Shown here: positions 40,494 to 52,931 of the stretch, one piece after another
Layout of the letters: each line of letters starts with the position of its first letter
How positions within the stretch are numbered: the stretch's first letter is position 1
DNA from: Candidatus Latescibacterota bacterium
GTDB lineage: Bacteria > Latescibacterota > UBA2968 > UBA8231
Direction of reading: 5' to 3'
NCBI GenBank assembly: GCA_965206595.1
Contig: OZ242214.1
Location: forward strand, 3,968,001 to 4,032,000
DNA: 64,000 nt
Made by a program: the position numbers and the translations under genes
Notes under the pieces: generated by a model
Told to the model about the DNA's origin: nothing
The model's input: the letters and a program-made list of their open reading frames with translations, nothing else
Database searches by the model: none

Positions 40494-42847
40494 TCCCGCG
40501 CGGTAATCTGGAAAGCGTAGAGGCGGGCGCGGTCGAGGGTGAACCGCAGGCGCACGGCCTGTCCCCGCCAGGGAGCCAGGTCGGCGACCACCTCGTCCAC
40601 GGCGTCCCCCTCGAAGACCGCCGCCTCCGGTCCCAGGGGATCCCCCGCCTCGTCGGCCAGCTCGACGCGGATGGAGCCGCCCCGGTCCGTGGCCGCATTG
40701 AGGCGCAGCTCGTCTCCGTCCACGCGGATCGGGCGGGTGCCGAGACGGCCGCACCCGTCCACCGGCTCGGCGTGGGCCACGCGGAAGGGCCGGCAGCGGG
40801 CGAAGGCCGGCTGGTACCGGGTCTCCTTGCCGTCGGCCCAGTAGCCCTCCCAGGTGGTGAAGTAGGGGGCGTCGGCGTGGTTGGGACAGCTGCGGCGGAA
40901 CTCCTCCAGGTCCTTCCACCCGGACATGATCCCGTAGCCGTTGTGGCGCGTGTTGATGGCCGTGTAGTGGTACCACCACAGGCCGCCGAGCTCGCTGTAC
41001 ATATAGATGTCGCGGATCATGCCGAAGTCGTAGGTGCCCGGGCCGTTGGACTCGATGAGGCTGTGCCGGTGCCCGGTGAAGCGCTTGAAGTGCAGCAGGT
41101 CGCGGGTCCAGATCAGCTCCGGCTCCTGCGTCTGCTCGATCCCCCAGTGGAGCAGCACCGAGCCGAGGTAGAGGTTCCGCCGCGGGAAGGCCTGGTTGAC
41201 CTTGTGCTTCCCCTTGTTGAGCGCGGGACGGCCCGGCGCGTCCCCCGGGGTGCCGAAGCGCTGCATGAGCCCCATGGCGTAGAACTGTGACCCCAGCCGG
41301 TCGTGTCCGTCCGGGCCCAGCACGAAGCGGCGGTCGTAGGTGATGCCGTCGGCGGTGGACATGACCGCCAGGCAGCGCAGGGCGAGGTGCATGTTGTCGT
41401 AGGTGGCGCCGTGGGGCGGGTAGGCGGGCGAGGCGGGGCGGAAGTAGAAGTGAAGCCGCTTTCCGTCCGACTCCTCCACGTGGCAGCGGATCGTCTCGCT
41501 GGTGTGCATCAGGTCCATGCCGACGCCGAGGTAGAGGACCGGCTCCCGCGTCAGCACGAGGTAGAGGTCGCCGCGCTGCTCGAAGGGCCAGAACTCCCCC
41601 TTGCGGGGACGGAAGGCCCCGCTCTCCCCGCCCTCTCCGTCCTGGTTTTCGAGGCTCCTGCAGCGGGAGGGGAAGTCCTCCTTGGCCGAGGCGATGAAGA
41701 CGTGGTCGATGTCGACGGGGCCGTCCCTCCCCGCATCGTAGAAGCGGAACTCCGCGTGCTCCAGGGCGTGGGCCCTCTGCCGTTCCGCCGGGGTGGGATC
41801 GCGGTCGTCGCTGAGGATGTTGTTGGCCGTGGAGCCGTCGTACTCGACGAGCCCGAGGGCCGGCTTCTCCCAGCTCTCGCCGTCCTCGCTGACCAGCAGC
41901 ATGCGCAGGCGGCTGCGCTCCTCGCGCGTGTCCTCCCGCTCGATGCGCCCGCCGCCGTTGCGGTAGACGGCCTCGTAGCGTCCGGCTTCCTCGTTCCAGG
42001 TCACGGACTCGAGGCCGAGCATCTCCTCGTCGTGGGGTTCGGTGGTGGCGGCCAGGGGCGCCGGGTTCTTGTCCATGGTGTCGGGGACGAACTGGACGCC
42101 CTCGGCCTCCTCGAAGCTGTAGTCGTCGACCAGCACCTCGGGATAGCCGGCCAGCTCGAGCACCTCCGGGGGCGGCGGCCCGGCGCCGGCCTGCTTCCAG
42201 AACTTGCGCACGCACCAGGGTCCCACCGGCTCGCCGCCCACCAGCGGCCGCAGGCGGATCCAGTACTCGCCGGGGCCCCAGCCGGCGATGGAGAAGGAGT
42301 GCTCCTGCAGCTCGTGGGTCAGGCTCAGGCGCCAGGGGCCGGCCAGGGGGGCGGAGCCTTCGCGGGAGGTGACGTCCGCCTCCACCTCGCAGCGGCTGAC
42401 GCGGCGGCGACGGATGCGGTAGAGGAAGCGGGCCTCGTCCTCGTCGAGGAACAGGGCCTGCCGCGGCGCGCACTCGATGATCTGCGGGCGGGCGTCGACG
42501 GCGATGACCATGCGGTCGGAGGGGAAGAAGCCGTGGGGGTCGAGGATGGTGGACCCGGAGACGATCACGCGGCCCTCGGCCATCAGCTGCACGTCGAAGC
42601 GGTACTCCCCCATGAGCCAGCTGTCCTCCCAGAGGCCGGGCCTGGGGTCGTGGCGCCCGTCGTCGACCAGCGGATAGAGGATGGGGACGCGGGCCTTGCC
42701 GTCCCGCACCTCCACCTCCTCCACCGTCAGCTCCTGGACGTATCCCTGGGGCTGGCGAACCCGGACCCGGGCGGTCAGGTTATCGGCGCCAGGCGGGCAG
42801 TCCAGGACCAGGCTCTTCCACCAGTAGCTGTTCTCGATGAACTCCAT
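40490..42847 (-). CDS. Hypothetical protein with beta-propeller glycosidase-like (GH32/43/130-like) C-terminal region
   Basis: SEDGESWEKPALGLVEYDG..ANNIL, YDFGMI, C-terminal L.LNA..GGSIRVEL..VRLRF.L..ARLYAFQ. Confidence 0.6.
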   Translation of the reverse strand: MEFIENSYWWKSLVLDCPPGADNLTARVRVRQPQGYVQELTVEEVEVRDGKARVPILYPLVDDGRHDPRPGLWEDSWLMGEYRFDVQLMAEGRVIVSGSTILDPHGFFPSDRMVIAVDARPQIIECAPRQALFLDEDEARFLYRIRRRRVSRCEVEADVTSREGSAPLAGPWRLSLTHELQEHSFSIAGWGPGEYWIRLRPLVGGEPVGPWCVRKFWKQAGAGPPPPEVLELAGYPEVLVDDYSFEEAEGVQFVPDTMDKNPAPLAATTEPHDEEMLGLESVTWNEEAGRYEAVYRNGGGRIEREDTREERSRLRMLLVSEDGESWEKPALGLVEYDGSTANNILSDDRDPTPAERQRAHALEHAEFRFYDAGRDGPVDIDHVFIASAKEDFPSRCRSLENQDGEGGESGAFRPRKGEFWPFEQRGDLYLVLTREPVLYLGVGMDLMHTSETIRCHVEESDGKRLHFYFRPASPAYPPHGATYDNMHLALRCLAVMSTADGITYDRRFVLGPDGHDRLGSQFYAMGLMQRFGTPGDAPGRPALNKGKHKVNQAFPRRNLYLGSVLLHWGIEQTQEPELIWTRDLLHFKRFTGHRHSLIESNGPGTYDFGMIRDIYMYSELGGLWWYHYTAINTRHNGYGIMSGWKDLEEFRRSCPNHADAPYFTTWEGYWADGKETRYQPAFARCRPFRVAHAEPVDGCGRLGTRPIRVDGDELRLNAATDRGGSIRVELADEAGDPLGPEAAVFEGDAVDEVVADLAPWRGQAVRLRFTLDRARLYAFQITARE

Positions 42848-42915
42848 GGCTGTCCTCGCCGCAGGAAAATAGCCGGCTGGCGGGTCTCCGTCAGCGGGAT
42901 GGAGGCGTTGCGGCC

Positions 42916-43050
42916 GACACCAGCTGCTGCCCGGCCCGTGGCGGTCGCTGCGGATCGTGCCCGCCCTGGCCGTCCCGCCTTCATCGGGCACCCTGCCGGC
43001 TCCATGCGTAGGTTGTCAGCGAACTGCGAAGGCACCGATATCGGTGCCTT
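42916..43050 (+). repeat. IS91-like remnant, copy A (internally deleted)
   Basis: Aligns by eye with 54408-54474 and then 54706-54774; shared TCAGCGAACTGC...ACCGATATCGGTGCCTT. Confidence 0.7.
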
Positions 43051-43064
43051 CGCGCGAAGGAGGA

Positions 43065-44168
43065 ATGATGGGAAAACTGGAACGGGACGGGCGCGTCATC
43101 GTCGCCGAAGGGGGGATTTGCCCCTCCCTGGAACGCCTGAGCAACGGCGACCTGCTGGTGGCATATCGGGACGACACCCAAAGCATGACGTGCGTGAGCG
43201 TGACGCGCTCCACCGACTGCGGCCGGACGTGGCGCAAGGAGCACACCTTCGCCTACGGCGCCTCGGCGGAGCGGGCGGACGAACAGTTCTACGGCCATCA
43301 CGGCATGGCGCAACTCGCCGACGGCACCATCCTGCTGCCCTACAACGTCTACGGAACCAGCTACAGCGGCGTCTACAACCGCACCGTGTGCGTGCGCAAG
43401 TCGGTGGATCAGGGGCACACCTGGTCGGAGCCGATCGTGGTGGTTCCCGGCCCGGGCCCGGCTGCCGGCTGGGCCGCGGCGGTTTCCTACGGCAAGATCC
43501 GCACCCTCCACGACGGCACCGTGATCCTGCCGGTCATCGGCCGCCGCGAGGGCGACCGCTTCGGCCGCCACGGGTTCCTGACCTCCAGCGACGGCGGCGA
43601 AACCTGGGAGCGCTACGTCACCGCCGCCTGCGACCGCTACTCGGGCGACGAAGCCGATTTCCTGCAGCTTCCGAGCGGCCGCATTCTGTGCGTGAACCGC
43701 GATCCCTCCAACACCCACGGGCACGGGGTCGGCCCGCTGTTCTGCACCTGGAGCGACGACGGCGGAGCCACCTGGAGCAGCCACGAAATGGTGGGCTGGT
43801 CGGACCCGCGCTACGGCCACTCCCCGGCGCTGTTTCTCACCAGGACCGGCACCGTGGTCTGCGGCTACCGGCACGTGGCCGAGATGGACCACCTGCATAT
43901 CGGCAGCGTGGCGTTCTGTTACGTCAAGGAGGAGGGGCTGGACTGGAGCGGCGAGACCCACATCTACGGCGGCCCCATGTCCCTGTCGTTCCTGATGCAG
44001 TTCGACGCCATGGGGATGGGCTACCCCAGCTTCGCCTACGCCGACGACGAGCGCATCCTGGTGGTGCACCACACCCAGCCGCCGCCGGCGGTCGGGAAGC
44101 GAGATATCGAGGGGGTGTTCTACGTGGAGCGGGACGAGGAGCCGGCCTGGCGCGGCGACGTGAGCTGA
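43065..44168 (+). CDS. BNR/Asp-box sialidase-fold protein
   Basis: Asp-boxes STDCGRTW, SVDQGHTW, SSDGGETW, SDDGGATW; MGYPS near the C-terminus; no signal peptide. Confidence 0.85.
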   Translation: MMGKLERDGRVIVAEGGICPSLERLSNGDLLVAYRDDTQSMTCVSVTRSTDCGRTWRKEHTFAYGASAERADEQFYGHHGMAQLADGTILLPYNVYGTSYSGVYNRTVCVRKSVDQGHTWSEPIVVVPGPGPAAGWAAAVSYGKIRTLHDGTVILPVIGRREGDRFGRHGFLTSSDGGETWERYVTAACDRYSGDEADFLQLPSGRILCVNRDPSNTHGHGVGPLFCTWSDDGGATWSSHEMVGWSDPRYGHSPALFLTRTGTVVCGYRHVAEMDHLHIGSVAFCYVKEEGLDWSGETHIYGGPMSLSFLMQFDAMGMGYPSFAYADDERILVVHHTQPPPAVGKRDIEGVFYVERDEEPAWRGDVS

Positions 44169-44206
44169 GGCCGCTTGGGCCGGGTTTCGACGGGCTGTCG
44201 TTGCCG

Positions 44207-44257
44207 GGCCCCCTGTGTTTCAGGAGACACCATGGTATCCTGAGAACACGGGGGGCC
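44207..44257. terminator. Long hairpin between convergent genes
   Basis: GGCCCCCTGTGTTTCAGGA...TCCTGAGAACACGGGGGGCC. Confidence 0.5.
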
Positions 44258-44286
44258 GCAGCTCATCTGGAAGAGAACCGCCGGGA

Positions 44287-46485
<2,199 letters not shown>

Positions 46486-46658
46486 TTAACGGGGTTCTCG
46501 TTTCCGGACAAGGGATTCCGGCTCGGGAAATGGCGCAGGTTGGGGGGCACCACCCTTCGGCTGTAACGGCGGTACGGAGGACGGGTAGGGGTGAGGTGGG
46601 CATGGCGTCGGGGGCCCTCCTCGATTCGAGCTGCTCCGCCTGCGAAAATGCCCTGGGG

Positions 46659-46713
46659 TGGACGGCCCTGCTGGCCCGGGTGCTTTTTCGCGGACCTCAG
46701 CGGATGTCCGGCC
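46659..46713 (+). repeat. IS91-like remnant, copy B
   Basis: Encodes WTALLARV(F)..DLSGCPA with a frameshift, the motif that precedes the CPxCGG zinc ribbon of IS91-type transposases. Confidence 0.6.
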
Positions 46714-46885
46714 ACTGACCGAGTGAAGACAGTCTTCGCCGCGCCCTGGAGATGTTCCCCCAGGGCACGGTCCGCAACGCCGCCGAAAAAGCCTGTGGGG
46801 CCACCAAGAGGGGCCACCCCGCCCCTTGACCCCTGCCACAGTGGCAATTACGTACCCGTAACCAACCTCGATGGAGGTAAATACC

Positions 46886-47173
46886 ATGGCCGCCCCTGAA
46901 ACAACCCTGGTCGATGTCTCCGACTTGGTCCGTTCCGCCCTCCCTGAATTCCTCGGCGACGGCATAGTCATAGCCGACGTATACTCGGAATTCCTGCCAG
47001 GACCCGACGGTGATGACTATATCAGAACTACGGTGATCCTGGAGGATGATCACCCTGAACTCGATGCACGAACCCTGAACAAGTTCTCTCTGCACATCGC
47101 CCCGCTCTGCATGCAACGAGGCTTCGACCGACCGACCATCGCCTATGCCAACAGAAGCGAGATTCCGGTATGA
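46886..47173 (+). CDS. Small hypothetical protein
   Basis: GGAGGT RBS; 95 aa, acidic, DGDDYIRTTVIL; directly upstream of the GASH gene. Confidence 0.6.
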   Translation: MAAPETTLVDVSDLVRSALPEFLGDGIVIADVYSEFLPGPDGDDYIRTTVILEDDHPELDARTLNKFSLHIAPLCMQRGFDRPTIAYANRSEIPV

Positions 47174-47255
47174 CTGCCAGCAGCACCCAACCGGCCTTTC
47201 ATAATGCACTTTCAACGGAGTAACCGCGCTCGAAAAATCTGACAGGAGGGCTTTT

Positions 47256-48611
47256 GTGAACGACGATGTATTGCTGAGGTTCCTACGCAAGGGACTAATC
47301 GACGTAGGAGGCGATGACGACAAGCTCGGCCACTTGAGGCAAACGGCAGCCGATCTGGCCGGAATCCTCGAAAAGAGCCCGGCCAAGGCTTCGGCGTTCG
47401 CTCTTGTGGCGTTCGATCCTGATGTGCCGCCCAATGACCCGACCATCGCTGAGGCGGAAGAAGCACTACGCAAACGTTGGGAGACCTACGTCAATACATT
47501 TGCCGACACGCCAGTTGCGGTGTTTCGAGCCATGCTGTTGGATGCAGTGATCAAAGCCTGCGAGAAAAACGACACGGTGGCCGCGGCATTCGTTGCATCC
47601 GCGCGAAACGTGCTTCCGTTCATGGAGGTTGGCGAAGAGCGGGAAATCTGGGCTGACGTCGTCGCTGAAATCGAGAGGAAAGTGGAGGAGCGTGCTGAGA
47701 GGGAATGGGCAACACCTGAGTCGATTTCCGTGCCGGATATCAAGTTTGAGTCTGCCTCTGAGGTCGATATTCGTATTGTATCGAAAAAGACAAAGGCATC
47801 GAGCCTCAAGCCAAAGTTTGAGGCAGCTGCAGGACCTCACTCCATTAATCCTGAGGGAATACAGGGAGACACCGAAGGAAATCAGTACATGCCGCATGGC
47901 AATCCATATGAGTGGGTCTACCAGTTTGGCACGCTGATGGCTGAGGCTGTTGGAGATGCGATAAATCGGGCGGTTGGAAGTCTGTCTGTCGAAGGGCTCG
48001 ACCTGCCCGAATTTTCCCAAGACATAACGAACGTGATGTCCGAGCACCTCACGACCACATTGCAAGCCGTCAGCAGCGCCACGACCGGACTTCAGCGGCG
48101 TACGAATTTGCTGTGGTGGAAGGAGGCACTGTTTTCCCCGAGCGCTCGGAAGAGCTATCGCGAAATGTTGACATTCGACGCGGCGATGCTGATGGCTTTC
48201 GACATGCACCGAAATATCCCGACCTTCTCACCCGCGAGCGTCGCCGCGTTCCTGCGGGAGACGGTCATTGCGTTGCCAACGATGGATCAGGACGAGAAGG
48301 TTGCGATCAGGGAATTGGTAGAGAAGGCCCGCGATACCAGCATTCTGGAGGAGCTGAGAACGGAGGTAGGCAAACTGGTCGCCGCTCCTGCGGGTCGCAG
48401 CTCGATTCTCGGATTGATAGGGCATTCGGAGGCTGTGCCGCGAATCGACGACGGCACGTTTCGGGACTTCGTCGGGGTCAAGCCCGACACAATGCTCACC
48501 TTGCCGGATTGGTCGGTATGGATATTTCGCGAGCTTCAGGCGACTCGGGCCATTGCGGAAGCCTCCGCTCCCAAGCGGCGGACGGCTAGGGAGCGGAGGG
48601 CTGGGAAATAA
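47256..48611 (+). CDS. GTPase-associated system all-helical protein (GASH)
   Basis: All-helical 451 aa with RRTNLLWWKEALFSPSARKSYR and SPASVAAFL; first gene before two GTPases. Confidence 0.8.
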   Translation: MNDDVLLRFLRKGLIDVGGDDDKLGHLRQTAADLAGILEKSPAKASAFALVAFDPDVPPNDPTIAEAEEALRKRWETYVNTFADTPVAVFRAMLLDAVIKACEKNDTVAAAFVASARNVLPFMEVGEEREIWADVVAEIERKVEERAEREWATPESISVPDIKFESASEVDIRIVSKKTKASSLKPKFEAAAGPHSINPEGIQGDTEGNQYMPHGNPYEWVYQFGTLMAEAVGDAINRAVGSLSVEGLDLPEFSQDITNVMSEHLTTTLQAVSSATTGLQRRTNLLWWKEALFSPSARKSYREMLTFDAAMLMAFDMHRNIPTFSPASVAAFLRETVIALPTMDQDEKVAIRELVEKARDTSILEELRTEVGKLVAAPAGRSSILGLIGHSEAVPRIDDGTFRDFVGVKPDTMLTLPDWSVWIFRELQATRAIAEASAPKRRTARERRAGK

Positions 48612-48616
48612 ACGCC

Positions 48617-49567
48617 ATGGCGGAATGTCCCCGGGAGACATGTTGGCCGGATATGGGCTGTAGTCTGGGCCACCTCGACCTCTCGAAGTGTCCGGCGCTG
48701 AAAGCGGACCGCACGGAAAAGGAGGACGAGGAAGCGTTGACGGAAGCGGCGGCCATGCCCTGGTCGGGAGGCGCGCTCGGGCTTACAGACCTCGGTTTCG
48801 TCGCAGGTCGGAACAAGCCGATCGTGCTGGCGATCATAGGACCGCATAAGGCGGGCAAGACCACGTTACTGGGAGCTTGGTATCTGTTGCTCGGAAAAGG
48901 TTTCCGACTGGACGACAAGCTGCGATTCGCAGGTTCCTGCTCGCTCGGCGGATGGGAGGTTGTTGCAAGCTCGCTACGGTGGGAGCCGGGTTCAATTCCT
49001 CCCGCGTTCCCACCGCACACGACCAGTAGCAATACACGCATCCCGGGATTGCTCCACTTGGCGTTCAGGCACGGGCAGGATCATCGCAGGGACTATGTGA
49101 TGACGGATGCGCCCGGCGAATGGTTCCAGAAATGGGCGATCAAGAGCGATGCGCCAGAGGCGGAAGGCGCGCGATGGGCTGCCGAACACGCCGACGCGTT
49201 CCTGTTGGTAGCGGATCGCGAAGCCTTGGCGGGAGAGGAAAGGGGCGCCGCCCGCAGCGGAATTCAACTGCTCGCGCGACGCTTGGCGGATGAGCTTAAA
49301 GGGAGGCCCGTCGCCCTTGTCTGGACGAAAGCGGATGTTTCGATCACGAGCAAGATGGAAGAAGCAGTGCGAAGCGCGGTGCGGAGGGTGATCCCGGAAG
49401 CCGTCGAGTTTGAGGTCAGCATCATGCCCGAGTCCGACAGTGCTGAGAACGAGCAGGGGTTCCTGAACCTTCTTGGCTGGGCTCTGGATGTCCGCCGACC
49501 GGCCGTACAGCTCCCTGAACCGGCGAGCGGCAATCTCGATCCCGTGTTCAGATTTGGTGCGAGATAG
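48617..49567 (+). CDS. TRAFAC-clade GTPase (double-GTPase system, first subunit)
   Basis: GPHKAGKT (G1), FPPHT (G2), DAPGE (G3), WTKAD (G4); Cys-rich N-terminus. Confidence 0.85.
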   Translation: MAECPRETCWPDMGCSLGHLDLSKCPALKADRTEKEDEEALTEAAAMPWSGGALGLTDLGFVAGRNKPIVLAIIGPHKAGKTTLLGAWYLLLGKGFRLDDKLRFAGSCSLGGWEVVASSLRWEPGSIPPAFPPHTTSSNTRIPGLLHLAFRHGQDHRRDYVMTDAPGEWFQKWAIKSDAPEAEGARWAAEHADAFLLVADREALAGEERGAARSGIQLLARRLADELKGRPVALVWTKADVSITSKMEEAVRSAVRRVIPEAVEFEVSIMPESDSAENEQGFLNLLGWALDVRRPAVQLPEPASGNLDPVFRFGAR

Positions 49568-49570
49568 ACA

Positions 49571-50404
49571 ATGGGAGTGCCCGACAGGTCGATCCTGGTG
49601 ATCGGGGAATCCGGCGTTGGCAAGTCTCACTACGGAGGCCAGCTGCTGAAGCGGCTGATGAAAGAGGACGGGCGCATCCGAATGGCGGGAGCAGCGGCCA
49701 ATCTGGAGCCCTTCGAAGCCGTTATGGCCAGACTGGATGCTGGGGTGTCGGCGGACCATACTTCCACTGCGGTCTACCATGAGAGCCGCTGGCCGGTTAT
49801 CGATGAAGAGGGACGCAAGGCCAACTTGATCTGGCCCGATTACGGCGGCGAGCAAATCAAGAACATCATCGACAAGAGGCGTCTTCCGCATGCCTGGCTG
49901 AACCGGATCGCCCAGTCCTCGGCTTGGCTCCTGTTGATTCGTCTGCAAAGGGCTCGGGTCGAGGATGACATCTTCTCCCGTCCTCTGACATCGCTGGAGG
50001 AGAGCAGCAGAGAGCCTGGGGAGGCGCCGTTGTCCGATCAGGCCCGCTTGATCGAGTTGCTGCAAATGCTGGCATATGTCCACTCCAAATCAGATAGCCG
50101 TAGGGACCGGCTACCGTGCCTCGTTGTTCTCCTGACATGTTGGGACGAGATGAAGAGTCCAGGGAGGCCGGTCGATGTCTTGCAGGAACGCCTCCCGATG
50201 TTTGGCGAATTCGTCGATAGCAATTGGGAGGATTCTTCGGTACTCGGACTCTCTGCTCTGGAACGAGCGCTGGACAAAGAGGTACCCGACGAGAGCTATA
50301 TCGCTCAAGGCTCGGAACAGTTTGGCTACGTGATTCTGGAGGACGGCAGTCGCTCCACCGATTTGACGCTGCCGATCCGGAAGCTTCTCGCCGAACCGGC
50401 GTGA
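49571..50404 (+). CDS. TRAFAC-clade GTPase (double-GTPase system, second subunit)
   Basis: GESGVGKS (G1), DHT (G2), DYGGE (G3), LTCWD (G4 variant), SAL (G5). Confidence 0.85.
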   Translation: MGVPDRSILVIGESGVGKSHYGGQLLKRLMKEDGRIRMAGAAANLEPFEAVMARLDAGVSADHTSTAVYHESRWPVIDEEGRKANLIWPDYGGEQIKNIIDKRRLPHAWLNRIAQSSAWLLLIRLQRARVEDDIFSRPLTSLEESSREPGEAPLSDQARLIELLQMLAYVHSKSDSRRDRLPCLVVLLTCWDEMKSPGRPVDVLQERLPMFGEFVDSNWEDSSVLGLSALERALDKEVPDESYIAQGSEQFGYVILEDGSRSTDLTLPIRKLLAEPA

Positions 50405-50426
50405 CACTGGCGTCGGAGTTCGGGCC

Positions 50427-52931
50427 ATGCAGGTAGAGCAAGCCTTGTATGGCGAGTGTCGGGGTGGACACTCCCTGCTGGTGTCGAGCGTTAACGACGC
50501 GGTGTCGACGGCCATCGTCCAGCGCCTTGATCTACCCGATACGGCACCGCCGGGTGTCGAGTGGTCGCCGTTCCTTCGTGGCTTTCCGTACGAAGATCGA
50601 TATGTGCTGTCGCGGACGTTCCGCGATACAGGTGCAACGCGGGGCGGAATGGTCTTCTCGCACGCTCTCCTCGCTCCCCTGGATGAAATGGGGGAAATGT
50701 CGGATCTGCGGCCTCTTCTGAATCTGCTCGCAGTTTCAGACCAGCAACGGCCGGATGCGGTTACGCTGCAACTCGATGGCATAGAAACGGGGCTTCCGCA
50801 TGCTGAGGACCTGACGGAGGCCGCAGAGGCGCTGGGGACGAAAGCACAACTGCCGGTTGTGCGGCTTGGCCATGTGGGGTTTGATGACCTTGTCGTCGCT
50901 TTGTGGGCGCACCTGTCACCGCAAATCCGCCGAGGGTTCGCTTTTCGCCTCAGTTTCGACCCGCGTGATCTTGTGGAAACGCCGATGCCGGCGCTGGTAT
51001 GTACGCCCCGCGGGATGGAGGCGCGCTGGTCTGAGTATCCAGTGATCCGTTCGCCGGAGCGCCGGGAACCGGGCTCGCTCGCCGGGGCGATACTGAGCGG
51101 TCACGGAAAGGCAGCTCCCCTCGTCGAATTCATGCACGACGTGGGCGTCAAGCCGGCGACGTTTTCTGAGCTGCGATTGGTAGAGCAAGCCTATTGCCTC
51201 GACATTGGCGAGCCGACGTTTGAGCGATGTGTCGGAACCGTGAGGCTGATCGGGAAGCTGTCACCCGCTGCAGATGAGGGCGAAGAGGGGAAGAACGCTC
51301 TTGTCCGACGGTTGTGTGATCAACTGTCGGCAGCCAGCGCTGAAGATATTCTGCGGGTGCGGAACCTCGAGCTTTACGCTTTCCCCTCTCCGAACCGGGT
51401 GTGGAAGGCGCTCGAGGGATGGGTGGCCAAGAACAGCTTTTCCCCGGACCAGGATGTGGAAATGCTGTCCGTGTTTGAGGACGCCACCGCTGGCACCAAT
51501 GCTGTCCATGAGTGGGGAACCGCGGTACTGGACGGGTTGGCGGTCGCGACGGGCTCGCGCAGGACCTCCTTTCCCAAAGCCTTCTGGCGCTGGTTTCAGA
51601 CTCAACCCGAAATCGTAACCGCCGTGTTCCGCCATGTCCCCGTGGAAGCCGGCGTGGAGGAACGGTTGGCGAGGGCAACGCCGCGCAATCTCGATGAAGC
51701 GGCGGCGAAGAGACTCGCGACGGACGCTTTGTCTCGCGGATGGCTCTGTCTGCACGGGGCGGTGCTGGCGGCCATTGTCTCAACGTCGGATGCGGCGCGG
51801 CGCCAGGTCGCGGTCGATACCGATCTATCGTTCGTCGAAGGTCTCCGGTGGGCTCTTCGACACGCGAAGCCGGCAGAGGTCGTCAAGTGTGCGCTGGAGA
51901 TTGATGACCCGCGCCTGCCACGGCTTGCCGGTGAAGCTGTTGCCAAGGCACCAAGGCTATTGTCCAAGGTCAATCTCACGGCGATCAAGGCGCAGGCGAT
52001 TTGGCGCGAAGCTCTAACCATCGATCCTGAGACTTGGCGGGGCCCAGCCGATCCGCAGGTCGCGTTTCGTTCGATTCTCGATCATCGGTTGAGCGGCGGC
52101 GAGACGGATACTTCGCTGATTGAACGACTGTCGGATACACCCGTCGCAGATCTCGGAGGCTATCCGCGGCGGGTAGAGATTTGGTCGCGCATTGGTGGCG
52201 CGGCACTCCAAAAGCTACTGGCGAGAACCGCCAAAGGGTGGCTCGGGCAAGCAGCCAAGGTCGGAGTTCCGTTTGTCCCCGAACGGGAACTGCAAATCGC
52301 GATCTTGGAGAGCGAGGAGCTTGAGCAGACGCTGTACGCACTAATCCCCAACGGTGTTGGCGGCCTCGTTCGAATTGTGGCTGCTCTGAATCGGTACGAC
52401 GAGCAACGGTTTCTACGCTTGTTGGAAAAAGTGCTATCGCGCACAGCCTTGGTGGCAACTGAGGACGCCGAGGTTGTTGGACGTCTGGTGCTGGAACGTA
52501 GATGGGTGGACGTCACTGCCGAGCTGGTCGATCAATATCGAAGCGGACGGCGGGATCTTGAACCCGCGCTCCGAGCCTGTGGTGACATTCTCGGTTTCTG
52601 GGATCGTTTCGTTCTTGGGGTAGCACCGGTGTCGGAGGGGGAGAAGTGGAAGGGCTTCGAGGAGATGGCTGTCCAGCTCTACCCGGGCGGTCCGGACGAC
52701 CGCGAATTATGGGAGCGTGCGGGTGGAGACAACGCCGACTTGCCAACGCGGGATGATGGGCGGTCAAGATGGCGCAGAGCGGTGCGAGAGATGCGAAATG
52801 GAAGGGGACCGACTGCCCCGGAGCTGTTGGCCGCAATGATGGAGGATTTCCAAAACAATGAACGGATCCGCCATCTCGCCGGGGATCCTGTATTTAGTGG
52901 AGGCGTCCGGGATGATTTCCAAGATGAATGA
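50427..52931 (+). CDS. GAP1-N1 domain protein with C-terminal EAD1
   Basis: N-terminal VEQALYGE..GGHSL..DLP..RGGMVFSH; C-terminal LYPGGPDDRELWERAGGD..GRSRW. Confidence 0.8.
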   Translation: MQVEQALYGECRGGHSLLVSSVNDAVSTAIVQRLDLPDTAPPGVEWSPFLRGFPYEDRYVLSRTFRDTGATRGGMVFSHALLAPLDEMGEMSDLRPLLNLLAVSDQQRPDAVTLQLDGIETGLPHAEDLTEAAEALGTKAQLPVVRLGHVGFDDLVVALWAHLSPQIRRGFAFRLSFDPRDLVETPMPALVCTPRGMEARWSEYPVIRSPERREPGSLAGAILSGHGKAAPLVEFMHDVGVKPATFSELRLVEQAYCLDIGEPTFERCVGTVRLIGKLSPAADEGEEGKNALVRRLCDQLSAASAEDILRVRNLELYAFPSPNRVWKALEGWVAKNSFSPDQDVEMLSVFEDATAGTNAVHEWGTAVLDGLAVATGSRRTSFPKAFWRWFQTQPEIVTAVFRHVPVEAGVEERLARATPRNLDEAAAKRLATDALSRGWLCLHGAVLAAIVSTSDAARRQVAVDTDLSFVEGLRWALRHAKPAEVVKCALEIDDPRLPRLAGEAVAKAPRLLSKVNLTAIKAQAIWREALTIDPETWRGPADPQVAFRSILDHRLSGGETDTSLIERLSDTPVADLGGYPRRVEIWSRIGGAALQKLLARTAKGWLGQAAKVGVPFVPERELQIAILESEELEQTLYALIPNGVGGLVRIVAALNRYDEQRFLRLLEKVLSRTALVATEDAEVVGRLVLERRWVDVTAELVDQYRSGRRDLEPALRACGDILGFWDRFVLGVAPVSEGEKWKGFEEMAVQLYPGGPDDRELWERAGGDNADLPTRDDGRSRWRRAVREMRNGRGPTAPELLAAMMEDFQNNERIRHLAGDPVFSGGVRDDFQDE

